Part shown: positions 26,945 through 36,514 of the stretch, piece after piece
Layout of the letters: each line of letters opens with the position of its first letter
Numbering within the stretch: the first letter of the stretch is position 1
NCBI GenBank assembly: GCA_964481225.1
Contig: CAYZTE010000002.1
Location: 1-47,994 of the forward strand
Length of the DNA: 47,994 bases
Direction of reading: 5' to 3'
Source: an uncultured archaeon
GTDB lineage: Archaea > Asgardarchaeota > Lokiarchaeia > Sigyniarchaeales > SOKP01
The notes under the pieces: generated by a model
What the model saw: the letters and a program-made list of their open reading frames with translations, nothing else
The model's database searches: none
What the model was told of the DNA's origin: nothing
Position numbers and translations under genes: made by a program

Positions 26945-27961
26945 TTGCGAGAGAACTTAATGTTATCTAAAAACCAAAAGCGGCTTATTGTAATAATCAT
27001 TGCTGTGGTGGTTAGCGCTTATATATGGCATGTAAACAGAAATCTATTCCACAATCGCGTTAAAATCTGCTTAATTATGTCAACAACTACTTTTTTAATC
27101 ATTTTCACTCCTTTTGAGATATATTTTAGTTTTAGGGATATATGGTATGATAGGTGGGTACCTCTCAACTTAAAATATTTGGAGATTTCAAAAGTAAAAA
27201 TTGAAGTGGAAGTTAAGAGAAAAAAGAAGAAATTTATTCACGCTGATATGATCTCTTTAAAAGATAAAGAATCAGTTAAAGCAAAAAATACTATCATTAT
27301 AATTAGCCATGGCTTTTCTGATACTAAAAACACACTTCAATGTTATTCATTTCCACTGGCTTATCAAGGATACATAATCTTAGCTTATGATGCAAGAGGG
27401 ACTGGAAAATCAAAAAGAACGGGGAGAAGGAGTCATTTTTTAAAGCGAATTGAAGACTTCAAGAAAATTATTGAGTGGATAAAATCAAGAAAAGAATTAT
27501 CAGGAATGAAAATAAATTGCATGGGGTTTAGTATCGGAGCAATTACTGTTTTGTGTGGTGGCTTTGCAAATAACGATATTGATAAAATAATTGCAATCTC
27601 CTCAATGTCTTATTATAGACAAAATATTCCGAAATTTAATCCTATAATAATCTTAAGCTATCTTTTTAAAGGTGTAAAATTATTCCCGAATTATGAAGAG
27701 AATAAAAGGTTATCTCCATCTATAGTTATTAAAGAGTTTAAAAAAGAATTTTTAGCTGAAGATTGGGAGAAAAGTTCAAAAAGGGTCATGCTTATCCACT
27801 GTAAAAACGATAGAATAATAAAATTCAAAAATTTTTTAGAAAATAAGCTAATTTTAGAATCTCCCGAGAGAAATCTACTTATTTTAAGAAAAGGGGGCCA
27901 TTCTCAGAAGAAAAATGAATGTGCAATAGTTGGATCTACTCTCAATTTCTTGAAATCATAG
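26945..27961 (+). CDS. Membrane-anchored alpha/beta hydrolase
   Basis: Two N-terminal hydrophobic helices, SHGFSD, nucleophile elbow GFSIGA, C-terminal GGHS. The start may be the ATG at 26960. Confidence 0.7.
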   Translation: MRENLMLSKNQKRLIVIIIAVVVSAYIWHVNRNLFHNRVKICLIMSTTTFLIIFTPFEIYFSFRDIWYDRWVPLNLKYLEISKVKIEVEVKRKKKKFIHADMISLKDKESVKAKNTIIIISHGFSDTKNTLQCYSFPLAYQGYIILAYDARGTGKSKRTGRRSHFLKRIEDFKKIIEWIKSRKELSGMKINCMGFSIGAITVLCGGFANNDIDKIIAISSMSYYRQNIPKFNPIIILSYLFKGVKLFPNYEENKRLSPSIVIKEFKKEFLAEDWEKSSKRVMLIHCKNDRIIKFKNFLENKLILESPERNLLILRKGGHSQKKNECAIVGSTLNFLKS

Positions 27962-27987
27962 GAAGAGAATGAGAATGACTTTTTCTG

Positions 27988-28242
27988 TTGAGTTTAAATA
28001 GTTTTGATCTAATTAACTTCATAAAAAGTCCAAACATTAACCCTCTTTTTAAATTCAAAATGTTTAAGTGTGAAATTTGCGGCAAAATAATTAAAACCGA
28101 GGAATTAAATCAAGTTTTTCAATTTACATTAGGAAATGTTAAATCTGAAAAATTTTATGGCGAACAGACATTATATTACCATATAAATTGTCTAACTAAT
28201 TCTAAACATAAAAAATCAGAGATGATCACTTTCATAACTTAA
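27988..28242 (+). CDS. Hypothetical small protein (possible zinc-binding CxxC...HxxC)
   Basis: 84-aa ORF with a TTG start. CEICGK...HINC. Weak support. Confidence 0.3.
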   Translation: MSLNSFDLINFIKSPNINPLFKFKMFKCEICGKIIKTEELNQVFQFTLGNVKSEKFYGEQTLYYHINCLTNSKHKKSEMITFIT

Positions 28243-28270
28243 AAAAAGTGAAATTTTTCATTCAATCAAA

Positions 28271-29437
28271 CTAAAAGAGAAAAATTGTTTCTTTTATTGA
28301 TTCGATAATTAATTTAATACTCATGTTTATTATTTTGAGTTTTTTGTCAAAATAATCCTCATTTGCTTTAGATTTCTCTATTTCATCAAAGATATTGAAG
28401 AATTGCTTTTGAGACTCTAATTCCATTGAGTAGACTTTTTTTCGCATTATTGCATCATTCATGTTTACTAAACAACCGTGGTCATGAAAATGATGGTTAA
28501 ATGCAGGAAAATAAGTTTGCCATAAAATATTCTTCAATTTATTGTATACATTTCTAGCTAATCGTTCACAGTAACTTTTACTTCTATTACTATAACAAAA
28601 ATAAAATGGTAACTTGTCATGATTATTAGATACATGTTCCTGTAGTTTTTCATAAACTGTATCTAATTGTTTCATTGTTAAATTTATATGAGTATGATCG
28701 GCATTAGGATTGCATTTATAAAACAACGGTTTCCTAGAAAATGGAATTTCATAGAGTTTGATAATATTATATATTATTCCTTCTTTGAGCCAATGCGAAA
28801 ATTTGTAAGTTATTGATTTTTCTTTTAAATTCTTCACTAGATCTATTGTAAATCGTTCAAGGAGCGAAGTTTCGTGAAAATCAAGTATATAAATCGATAT
28901 TTCATCATGTTCCCAGAATTTTTCGAGGATTTTTTTTAGTAATTTAGTGTGTTCTGGAATTGGATATTCATCAAGCTCGTTCTCTTCATTTTTATATTCT
29001 GGTGCGAAAGTTCTCCTCCAATAACGATTCAAATTCGTTCCATTTTTTAAATAATATCCTGATTTATTATCTCTTCTAGGATTTAAAAATCCATAAGGAT
29101 TCAATAAGGGGGCAAAAATCAAAACTTGGTTTTTCAACAGAATCTCGTCTGTAGTAATTAAAGATGTCCTAATCATATTAAGAAAACCTAAAATTCCAAA
29201 TAACCCATTATATTCATTATGCTGAGCTCCCACAAAAACTTTTATGTATCTAGTTTCTTCGGGATCTAACGATTCTGCAATTGTTATGACAGGAATCTTG
29301 CCTTCAGACGTATCAAATTCCAAGTAATTTATTTTTTTTATCTGATCATATTTTTTTAACTTATTCAAAATTTTGTCAAATAATTCATGCCTATTAGGTA
29401 GATTTAGTAACTCCTTCAGAATTTCACGATTTATCAT
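28271..29437 (-). CDS. M14-like zinc carboxypeptidase / AstE-AspA-like deacylase superfamily protein
   Basis: Ordered motifs GAQHNEYNG (res 70-78), LNPYG (112-116), NLNRYW (135-140), LDFHET (185-190), YSMELE (336-341). These parallel M14 HxxE, NPDG, DLNRN, the third-ligand His and the catalytic-Glu strand. The first motif has HxE spacing. Confidence 0.6.
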   Translation of the reverse strand: MINREILKELLNLPNRHELFDKILNKLKKYDQIKKINYLEFDTSEGKIPVITIAESLDPEETRYIKVFVGAQHNEYNGLFGILGFLNMIRTSLITTDEILLKNQVLIFAPLLNPYGFLNPRRDNKSGYYLKNGTNLNRYWRRTFAPEYKNEENELDEYPIPEHTKLLKKILEKFWEHDEISIYILDFHETSLLERFTIDLVKNLKEKSITYKFSHWLKEGIIYNIIKLYEIPFSRKPLFYKCNPNADHTHINLTMKQLDTVYEKLQEHVSNNHDKLPFYFCYSNRSKSYCERLARNVYNKLKNILWQTYFPAFNHHFHDHGCLVNMNDAIMRKKVYSMELESQKQFFNIFDEIEKSKANEDYFDKKLKIINMSIKLIIESIKETIFLF

Positions 29438-29440
29438 AAT

Positions 29441-30889
29441 TCAATCAACTATTTTATCCCATTCTGAAAAGTTTATAATCTTTTCGTAATTTTTTACTAT
29501 CCCAGCAAATAGTACACATCCAATACAAAACATATTTATAAAATCTTCAATAGTTAAGTTTAAAAGCTTACCATTTTTTCTTGAGAATCCTATTCCCCTA
29601 TCAACTTCAATTTGGCCATCGTATCCTGATAGATTAACAACGAATTCTTGTTTATTCAATCCTCCGCTATAACTTCCACGGGCAATTCTTGCCAGCCCCC
29701 CTATTGGTATCACCATACCATTATTTTGAGCTAGATATATTCTTAAATCAAATGTATGCCTTCCCTCTCGCCAATTAATTAATGAAAAATTAGCTTTTTC
29801 CTGTATCGTGTATGGATAAGGATTGCGGTTTTTCATGAATTTTGCAAAGAATTCCCTTTTGCTTTCTTCAATTAGTTTTTTAATGTTCATCGATTCTTCG
29901 TCTTCAGACACGGGAATAATGCCAGCTCCACCTGAACCCCCACTAGGTTTTATAACAAAAGGTTTTTTATACTTTTTTATGAGAAATTCTAATTTATCTA
30001 TTAAATCCTTCTCGTTAAATGCTTTTGTGAATAGGAGATACCTAAGATTATACTTTTTTAACAATTCTTTGCTGTAAAAACTTGCTAGGTATGTTAAAGA
30101 TTTGTCATCAGTTATTCTAAAAATAGGATTTACAATGATCGTGTTTATTTGACGAAAATCTTCTTTGGTTTGCTTGATAAATCTCTCATCATTTAATCGC
30201 CTTGTAATCCCATCCCCTATTAAAACGTTCACATCCTCCCGTTCATATTTAACCCAATTATCAGAGAAAGAGAGTGAAGTTGATAATTGTTTATAGTCAG
30301 CAATTAAAAAGACTACATCAGCTTTAAAATCTCTATCATAATTATCTGTATTAAAAATTTTCACGTAATAAGCTTTCGATTTTATAATTTTCCTAAAATA
30401 TTCAATCATTATAACCTTTTCATGAATTAAAGCATCATTCACGGGGACTCCAATTAACACGAAAATTTTCTTATCAGCTCTCTTTTTTCTCTTAATTGCT
30501 TGATAAATTGCTTTAAGATATCCATCATACAATAATGATTGCTGCTTTTTGGTGATTATTGAAAGCCCTCTATGTGATCCCCCATTAGTTTCTAATAAAA
30601 AGAATTTTTTTCCTTCAGGTTCATCAGAAACCATAAAATCGATACTACCAGCATAAAAGGAATCATCGTTAACTAAAAAATTATCCCCATTTTTTTTCAT
30701 CTTCTCTATTGCTTTATCTCTAACTATATCTATGAAATTATCTTCTTGAGAAGCCCTTAATTCTGCAAATGATACTAAATCTAGCCCTAATGACTGACCT
30801 AATGCTATTAATTCTAAATCTGAGTCTGAAATGCTTGTAGACATTAATTTAAGAAATTTAGTTAGCAAATCTTCTTCCATAAAAATCAT
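29441..30889 (-). CDS. ATP-grasp superfamily amidoligase (TTL/RimK/YheCD-like), apparently circularly permuted
   Basis: VNPIFRITDDKSLTYL, FVIKPSGGSGGAGI (res 311-324), TFDLRIYLAQ...GGLARIARGS (379-405), VVNLSG. The D...ExN block IDFMVSDEPEGKKFFLLETNGGS lies at res 83-105 and is absent from the C-terminus. Confidence 0.65.
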   Translation of the reverse strand: MIFMEEDLLTKFLKLMSTSISDSDLELIALGQSLGLDLVSFAELRASQEDNFIDIVRDKAIEKMKKNGDNFLVNDDSFYAGSIDFMVSDEPEGKKFFLLETNGGSHRGLSIITKKQQSLLYDGYLKAIYQAIKRKKRADKKIFVLIGVPVNDALIHEKVIMIEYFRKIIKSKAYYVKIFNTDNYDRDFKADVVFLIADYKQLSTSLSFSDNWVKYEREDVNVLIGDGITRRLNDERFIKQTKEDFRQINTIIVNPIFRITDDKSLTYLASFYSKELLKKYNLRYLLFTKAFNEKDLIDKLEFLIKKYKKPFVIKPSGGSGGAGIIPVSEDEESMNIKKLIEESKREFFAKFMKNRNPYPYTIQEKANFSLINWREGRHTFDLRIYLAQNNGMVIPIGGLARIARGSYSGGLNKQEFVVNLSGYDGQIEVDRGIGFSRKNGKLLNLTIEDFINMFCIGCVLFAGIVKNYEKIINFSEWDKIVD

Positions 30890-31034
30890 TAATTAGCAAT
30901 ACATTCTTGATATAATATTTCTAACGCATTCTTTTTTTATAATCTATTACTCATTATTTAAAGAGGAATCTTTTTAAGTGTATTAAAAGATAAAGGCCGG
31001 GAAAAAATATCTCACGGCTATTTTATAGAGTCTA

Positions 31035-32267
31035 TTATAAATACAAATAACCTTGATGATTTCCTTTTGTTGATAATCGAAGACTCCCAAGTAAAATCTT
31101 TTTTACTTGAAGTTGCTGTTTATAAGTCAAGTTTGAATATAACAAAATATAATTTTTCTCAATATTGATTGTAAAAAGAAGTCCTATTTCTATCAATTCA
31201 GATTTTTCTGTAAGTAAACCGATTATTACATAATGGTAAGGTAAATTAACTAAATTACTGATATTTATGTTTTTTTCTATTATTTCATTCAATTCTATTT
31301 CGTATTCTGTCTTGATAAACTTCATGTCGTTTAATGGGATAGAAATTTTTCTAAATTCCTCAAATTTTTTGGAAAATTGACTTTGTCTTAAAAACCTTCT
31401 CTCCTCTTTATTTTTTTCATGAAAATATTTGTTCTTTTCCTTAATTAGGTAGATTTTCCGATCTTTTCTTATGCTTGATGCTGTTTTTTCAATATCTTTT
31501 AATTCTTCAATCAAATCATTGTGAAAAACGATAAGAATATCAGGATCTACTGTTTTGATGAAGAAATTCTTATAAAGAATGCCTGCTTCTGTTTTTATCC
31601 ATCCATCAGTATCAATCAATATAAAACTTGTATCCTTGTTATTAGCTAAATAATCCTTAATTAAATTCCTACAATAAAGAGAAACAGTGAATTTGTAATT
31701 TCCCTTGGGAAATGTAGCACCTATGAATATGGTTTTCTCAGAATTAATGTTTTCGCTTGAAACAATATAATCTTCAATCCTACCTATGTTAATTGTGGTC
31801 GGCAGGTAAATGATTTGCTGTCCGAGATCAGAATCGAGATATCCCCCCTTAAATCCCTCTTTCATAAAGTTATTCGCTAAGTATTTGATAAGGGTCGTTT
31901 TTCCACTACTAATTCCTAAAACCATTATTTTTAAAGGAGATTCAGGATTTTTCTTTAATTCTTCTCCAATTTCATCTTTAATCTCAATCCATTTAAGAGG
32001 GATGGAATTTTCCTTGATTAATTTGACATTTTCTTCAATATTGGTATAAATGTCCAATTTAGAGTTCAATAATGCGTGTAGTGGATAGCTTTGGGCACTT
32101 GGTATTATTAAAACATTTTGATCTTGAATATTAGAAACACTTGATGAAGGTTTTTCTTTTTTTGGAAGCAAAATCTTACCAAAAACATCAATCTTTCCTT
32201 CTAATAATGTAATTCTTGCGGGTCCTTTTATTAATAAAGTATGTCCCTTGTTGATATTCTTAATCAT
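31035..32267 (-). CDS. Clp1/Grc3-family polynucleotide 5'-hydroxyl kinase
   Basis: N-terminal beta-domain LLIKGPARITLLEGKIDVFGKIL, Walker A VLGISSGKTTL, LDSDLGQQ, Walker B-like ILIDTDGW. Confidence 0.75.
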   Translation of the reverse strand: MIKNINKGHTLLIKGPARITLLEGKIDVFGKILLPKKEKPSSSVSNIQDQNVLIIPSAQSYPLHALLNSKLDIYTNIEENVKLIKENSIPLKWIEIKDEIGEELKKNPESPLKIMVLGISSGKTTLIKYLANNFMKEGFKGGYLDSDLGQQIIYLPTTINIGRIEDYIVSSENINSEKTIFIGATFPKGNYKFTVSLYCRNLIKDYLANNKDTSFILIDTDGWIKTEAGILYKNFFIKTVDPDILIVFHNDLIEELKDIEKTASSIRKDRKIYLIKEKNKYFHEKNKEERRFLRQSQFSKKFEEFRKISIPLNDMKFIKTEYEIELNEIIEKNINISNLVNLPYHYVIIGLLTEKSELIEIGLLFTINIEKNYILLYSNLTYKQQLQVKKILLGSLRLSTKGNHQGYLYL

Positions 32268-32308
32268 GAGTTATTCATCTAATGTACAAATTAATTTAAA
32301 AATATTGT

Positions 32309-33073
32309 TTAATTACAAATTTCATCAATAAAATCAATTAATTCTGAAACTATTTGCCTATGATCTGGACAGTTCAATATTGTATGATCATTGTTTTTTA
32401 GCAAAATTTTTTTTTTATTCTTTGAGTTGATTCTCTCAAAGATATAATCCATGCTTTGTTTTTTTATTGCAGAATCTAAACGCCCTTGTAATAAAAGTAC
32501 TGGACATTTCACTTTATTTAGAGATTTCTTCATCTCAATCATTAATTTTTTTACTTTTATTCCCATATTTACAGGAATTTTATCATATCCAATCCAAGCT
32601 CCATTTGTCTCCTTTCTAAATGTTTCTGAATCAATTTTGTGATATTTCTTTAATAATTTAAAGATAGGTACGAGTTTAAATAAAAAGTTTTGAATACCAG
32701 CTGGAGCACTAATAGTAAAAATTCCATCAAAATCGTGTTGACTGGCTAAAATTAATGTTAATAATCCACCCATACTATGCCCCCCTACAACTATCTTCTT
32801 GTAATTGTCATTGAGTAGTTGTATTTCATTTTCTAAAGCATCTTTCCATGCACTAATGGGAGCATATCTTAAATCTTCCGGACTTGTTCCGAAACCAGGG
32901 AGTAATGGGACATTTATAGTATATTCTCTTAGAGTATGCAAATCCTCCGCTAATGGTTTCAGATCAGCACAAGTACCTCCCCCTCCACCATGAATCATGA
33001 GTAATCCTACTTCGCTTCCTTCTAGATAGAAAGGACCTGCACCAGGTATTATTTTTGAATATTCACTTTTCAT
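32309..33073 (-). CDS. Alpha/beta hydrolase (carboxylesterase-like)
   Basis: HGGGGG oxyanion region, GHSMGG nucleophile elbow, C-terminal NNDH. Confidence 0.8.
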   Translation of the reverse strand: MKSEYSKIIPGAGPFYLEGSEVGLLMIHGGGGGTCADLKPLAEDLHTLREYTINVPLLPGFGTSPEDLRYAPISAWKDALENEIQLLNDNYKKIVVGGHSMGGLLTLILASQHDFDGIFTISAPAGIQNFLFKLVPIFKLLKKYHKIDSETFRKETNGAWIGYDKIPVNMGIKVKKLMIEMKKSLNKVKCPVLLLQGRLDSAIKKQSMDYIFERINSKNKKKILLKNNDHTILNCPDHRQIVSELIDFIDEICN

Positions 33074-33191
33074 TTAATTTCACAAATAATTTTCAAATTA
33101 TTTATCACGCCAAAGCGATTTTAAAGAACAAGGTATTATGGCAATTAAATCATGCTCAAGTAATAAATTAATGTAAAAATCACAGAAATGA

Positions 33192-33719
33192 TTATTTTTT
33201 CTGAGATTTATAACAAGGTATGCACATATTGCTATTTTGGTAAAACATAAGTCTGCTATTCATTGTAGGTTCTCCGCATATATCACAAGGAAGAGATTCT
33301 TCTATTTGAGCTAATTCTGGAGGATTAAATTCTATTTCATATACATTAAAAATATCTTCTGGTTTTGAATTTAATATTTGTTGAATTTTCTCATGTTTAG
33401 ATAATTTTTTATCTCCGAAATCTCTGTTTTTTACGGCTAATTTTACCGATTTTTCGGTTTCTCTATTATAAAAATAATAATTAAGTTTGCCATAATCTTG
33501 GTGTATAAGATTTCCTTTACCAAATGTAGTGCCCAATAATGCTTGGAGTGCATCAACACTGCAGTTATCATTTTCAACTACAGCAACTATTTCTTCGTTA
33601 GGAGAATAATTAAAATTATGCTCTAACACATACTTAGCAGCTAAGACTCCTATTGCTAAGCCCGGACATATGTGTCCATGAAATCTTGCTGCCTTTTCCA
33701 TTAAATCTTTTGCTTCCAT
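33192..33719 (-). CDS. FmdE/FwdE-family protein with C-terminal zinc ribbon
   Basis: AARFHGHICPGLAIG signature. C-terminal CDICGE...CIPC. Confidence 0.8.
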   Translation of the reverse strand: MEAKDLMEKAARFHGHICPGLAIGVLAAKYVLEHNFNYSPNEEIVAVVENDNCSVDALQALLGTTFGKGNLIHQDYGKLNYYFYNRETEKSVKLAVKNRDFGDKKLSKHEKIQQILNSKPEDIFNVYEIEFNPPELAQIEESLPCDICGEPTMNSRLMFYQNSNMCIPCYKSQKK

Positions 33720-33826
33720 ATGTAAATATAAAATTTTATTTTAATTAAATTTCAATTATATAATTTATTACACATTTTAAATATATTTAATCTATACCTA
33801 CGTAATTGAAGCTTACACACATTATT

Positions 33827-34321
33827 ATGAAATTTTTAGTTAATTCAATGTTAGGCAAATTAGCACGATTCTTAAGAATTTTTGGATTTGATACAGTATA
33901 TGCTAATGATTTAATAGATTATTTTAAGATCAGTCCAGTTCCAGATGAAAAATTAATAGATTATGCTAAGAAAAATGACAGAATAATCATAACAAAAGAT
34001 TACCCATTATATAAAAGTTATTTAGACAAGGGTATATACCTCGAGGGAGAAGGAATATATAACTACCTGACTCAACTGAAAGAAAAATTAGGTCTGAATT
34101 TTGATTTCAAAATCAAACGAGCAAGATGTTCAATTTGCAATTCACTATTAAAAAAAATTGAAGATAAAAAACATGTAAAAGATCTCGTATTGAAAGAAAC
34201 TTTCAATCATTATGATGAATTTTATCAATGTTTAAACACTAAGTGTAAAAAAATCTATTGGAAAGGGTCGCATATTGATGATATTGAAAATAAGCTAGAA
34301 AAAAACTTTATCTTTGACTAA
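33827..34321 (+). CDS. Mut7-C-type (PIN-like) RNase domain protein with Zn ribbon
   Basis: MKFLVNSMLGKLARFLRIFGFDT signature, CSICNS...C..KCKKIYWKGSH. The ATG at 33827 is preferred over the TTG at 33806. Confidence 0.8.
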   Translation: MKFLVNSMLGKLARFLRIFGFDTVYANDLIDYFKISPVPDEKLIDYAKKNDRIIITKDYPLYKSYLDKGIYLEGEGIYNYLTQLKEKLGLNFDFKIKRARCSICNSLLKKIEDKKHVKDLVLKETFNHYDEFYQCLNTKCKKIYWKGSHIDDIENKLEKNFIFD

Positions 34322-34326
34322 TTGTT

Positions 34327-34569
34327 TTATTCTGAATTTTTCTTAAAATATTTCTCTTTTATTTCCATGAATCTTTGTTTAGTTTTTTCAGCAAGTTCGT
34401 TATAATTTCCCTTTATGTACATGCTATATGCTTGATTTAATAATTCAAGACATTTTCGATACTCTACATTCTTGAAATGATTTTCTGAAAGAGATACCAA
34501 ATAATCTCCTTTTTTTTTATAGAATTCTAAAAATTGATCTGAAGTATCAATTTTCATATATGATATCAT
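34327..34569 (-). CDS. Hypothetical small helical protein
   Basis: 80-aa ORF downstream of and co-directional with the oxidoreductase. No family recognised. Confidence 0.35.
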   Translation of the reverse strand: MISYMKIDTSDQFLEFYKKKGDYLVSLSENHFKNVEYRKCLELLNQAYSMYIKGNYNELAEKTKQRFMEIKEKYFKKNSE

Positions 34570-34638
34570 ATTGTGTTAATTATAATAAATTAACTATAAT
34601 TTTAACATTATTATATAAGTTCAATTTTGAGAAATTAT

Positions 34639-36096
34639 TCATAATTGTTCCACTCTTTTACGAAATTCATCCATGTCAACCACAATTCCTTTTAGGCGCG
34701 ATTTTTCTGCGGCAAAGGCCATTAAATGGCTTTCCAGCGTTTCTCTAGCATTAGTTAAGGTTTGGGGTTTATCTTCAAGTAAAATTGAATCTAAATATGC
34801 ATTTATTAACAAAAAATCTCCACCTCCATGAGTCGTTGTTTCAGGAGAAAATTTTTGAGAATAGATAATTCTCTCAATTCCAGAAAAGTGTTCATACAAT
34901 GTAATCTTTTCGCCAGTACTATGAAAAAATCCAATTAATGTAGCTTTAGTGCCATCAATTCTCAAAGTGCGTCCTTCTCTCTCGCTGAACCCATGCATAG
35001 TTAGATTAGCTGTTGCACCATTTTCGAATTCAATATTGACAACTTGATGATCTACAACATCGTTATCACATTGAAAAATGCATCTACCATATGGACTTGA
35101 CTTTAGTATATTAAACTTAGCTTTATTAGTATAATCCTCAGAAATCTCTTCAGGATGTCCAGAATATAATGGTTCTACTGGCCAATCCTTATAATAAGCT
35201 AACTGTTTTAAAGGTCTGATAAGTTTTGAAAGTATACTAAGAAATTTAATATGATTTTCTCTTAAATTTGCCAAAATCTTATATAATTTTATGTTTGTTT
35301 TTCTTAATCGTTGGATTATTGGAATAATATCGATGTAGATTCTTGGAGCGTAATAAAGGCACATGTTTTCTATAGGACATCCCTCCACACAATATTTTGG
35401 AGCCCCTTCTGGAGCATTTTCCCGTGTAAAATGCTTTAAACTTCCGAAAGAGTTTATCTTTTTAGGAAATGACCCAGTAATCCAGAAAAGTAAATCCATA
35501 TCATGACAACACTTGGTAAGAATCATAGGTGATGATATTTCTACATTTCTCCAATTACCTCGAACAAAGCTATGCGCCATATGATACCAGCTAACATTTT
35601 CTCGATGTGAAATACTTATAATATCTCCCAACAATCCCTCTTCTACAACCCGATGAATTGTGGAAAAAAATTTTGTATATCGTAAAATATGTGCAATTCC
35701 TAAGATCCTACCAGTTTCTTCTGCCTTTTTAACTATTTTTACACAGCCTTCTAATGTATGTGCCATAGGCTTTTCTAATAACACATCATACCCTTTTTCA
35801 AGAGCTACTAAAGTAGGTTTGATATGCATTTGATCTTGTGTAGAAATAATGCTAATATCAGCAAATTTTTCTTGTTTTAATAAATCTTCCCAACTTCTAT
35901 AACATCTAATTGGAGGAATTCCGTGTAATTCACCAAATTTTTCTCTTCTGGCTGTTATTGGTTCTGCAACACCAATAAACTTCAATTTATTAGGATTTTT
36001 AAGACCATATTCACTATAAACAGTCAAACCCCTGTTTCCAGCTCCAATTAATACAGCTGTTATTGGAAACTTCATCTCGAATACCTTCAATAACAA
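34639..36096 (-). CDS. Gfo/Idh/MocA-family NAD(P)-dependent oxidoreductase
   Basis: Rossmann VLIGAGNRG, EKPM motif LLEKPMA. The start may be the internal ATG at 36075 (MKFPITAV...). Confidence 0.85.
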   Translation of the reverse strand: MLLKVFEMKFPITAVLIGAGNRGLTVYSEYGLKNPNKLKFIGVAEPITARREKFGELHGIPPIRCYRSWEDLLKQEKFADISIISTQDQMHIKPTLVALEKGYDVLLEKPMAHTLEGCVKIVKKAEETGRILGIAHILRYTKFFSTIHRVVEEGLLGDIISISHRENVSWYHMAHSFVRGNWRNVEISSPMILTKCCHDMDLLFWITGSFPKKINSFGSLKHFTRENAPEGAPKYCVEGCPIENMCLYYAPRIYIDIIPIIQRLRKTNIKLYKILANLRENHIKFLSILSKLIRPLKQLAYYKDWPVEPLYSGHPEEISEDYTNKAKFNILKSSPYGRCIFQCDNDVVDHQVVNIEFENGATANLTMHGFSEREGRTLRIDGTKATLIGFFHSTGEKITLYEHFSGIERIIYSQKFSPETTTHGGGDFLLINAYLDSILLEDKPQTLTNARETLESHLMAFAAEKSRLKGIVVDMDEFRKRVEQL

Positions 36097-36185
36097 TTTA
36101 ATGAATGAAGAGTTTTAGTAGCTAAAAATTATAGCTATTACATTGGATAATCAGTAAGCAATATTAAAATAAATTATCTAATTTT

Positions 36186-36413
36186 TCACTCAATTTTTCG
36201 ATTCAATTGTTCTCTATAACTAAAAACAGTTTTAGCAATTTCTCCAAGGTACATAACGGGATTCATAGTTTTTCCACACTTACTACACTTAAAATCGAGC
36301 ATCCCTTCTATCGAAATCAATGTTCCGTTATCGCAATAAGCACATTGCTCAAAAGACCACCGGTCTATTATTTTCACAACCTTACCAATAAATTTCTCTT
36401 GATTTGATACCAT
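36186..36413 (-). CDS. Hypothetical zinc-ribbon protein
   Basis: 75 aa with CAYCDN...CSKCGK. Confidence 0.4.
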   Translation of the reverse strand: MVSNQEKFIGKVVKIIDRWSFEQCAYCDNGTLISIEGMLDFKCSKCGKTMNPVMYLGEIAKTVFSYREQLNRKIE

Positions 36414-36514
36414 CTTGATAATTCACACTTTATTATTACTATTTTTACTACTTTATGCTTTTTTTTGAATTCACTTAGTAATTGGTTGAATATTAATAAC
36501 AATTCTAAAATATT

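Noticed and set aside
30996-31018. Small GC hairpin (GCCG-N15-CGGC) downstream of the Clp1-like gene
   Set aside because: The stem is only 4 bp with a 15-nt loop, which is too weak to call a structured element or terminator.
11012-33073. Three alpha/beta hydrolases (11012, 26945, 32309) as a possible paralog family or system
   Set aside because: They share only the generic GxSxG fold motifs, are dispersed, and have different architectures. There is no evidence of a functional connection.
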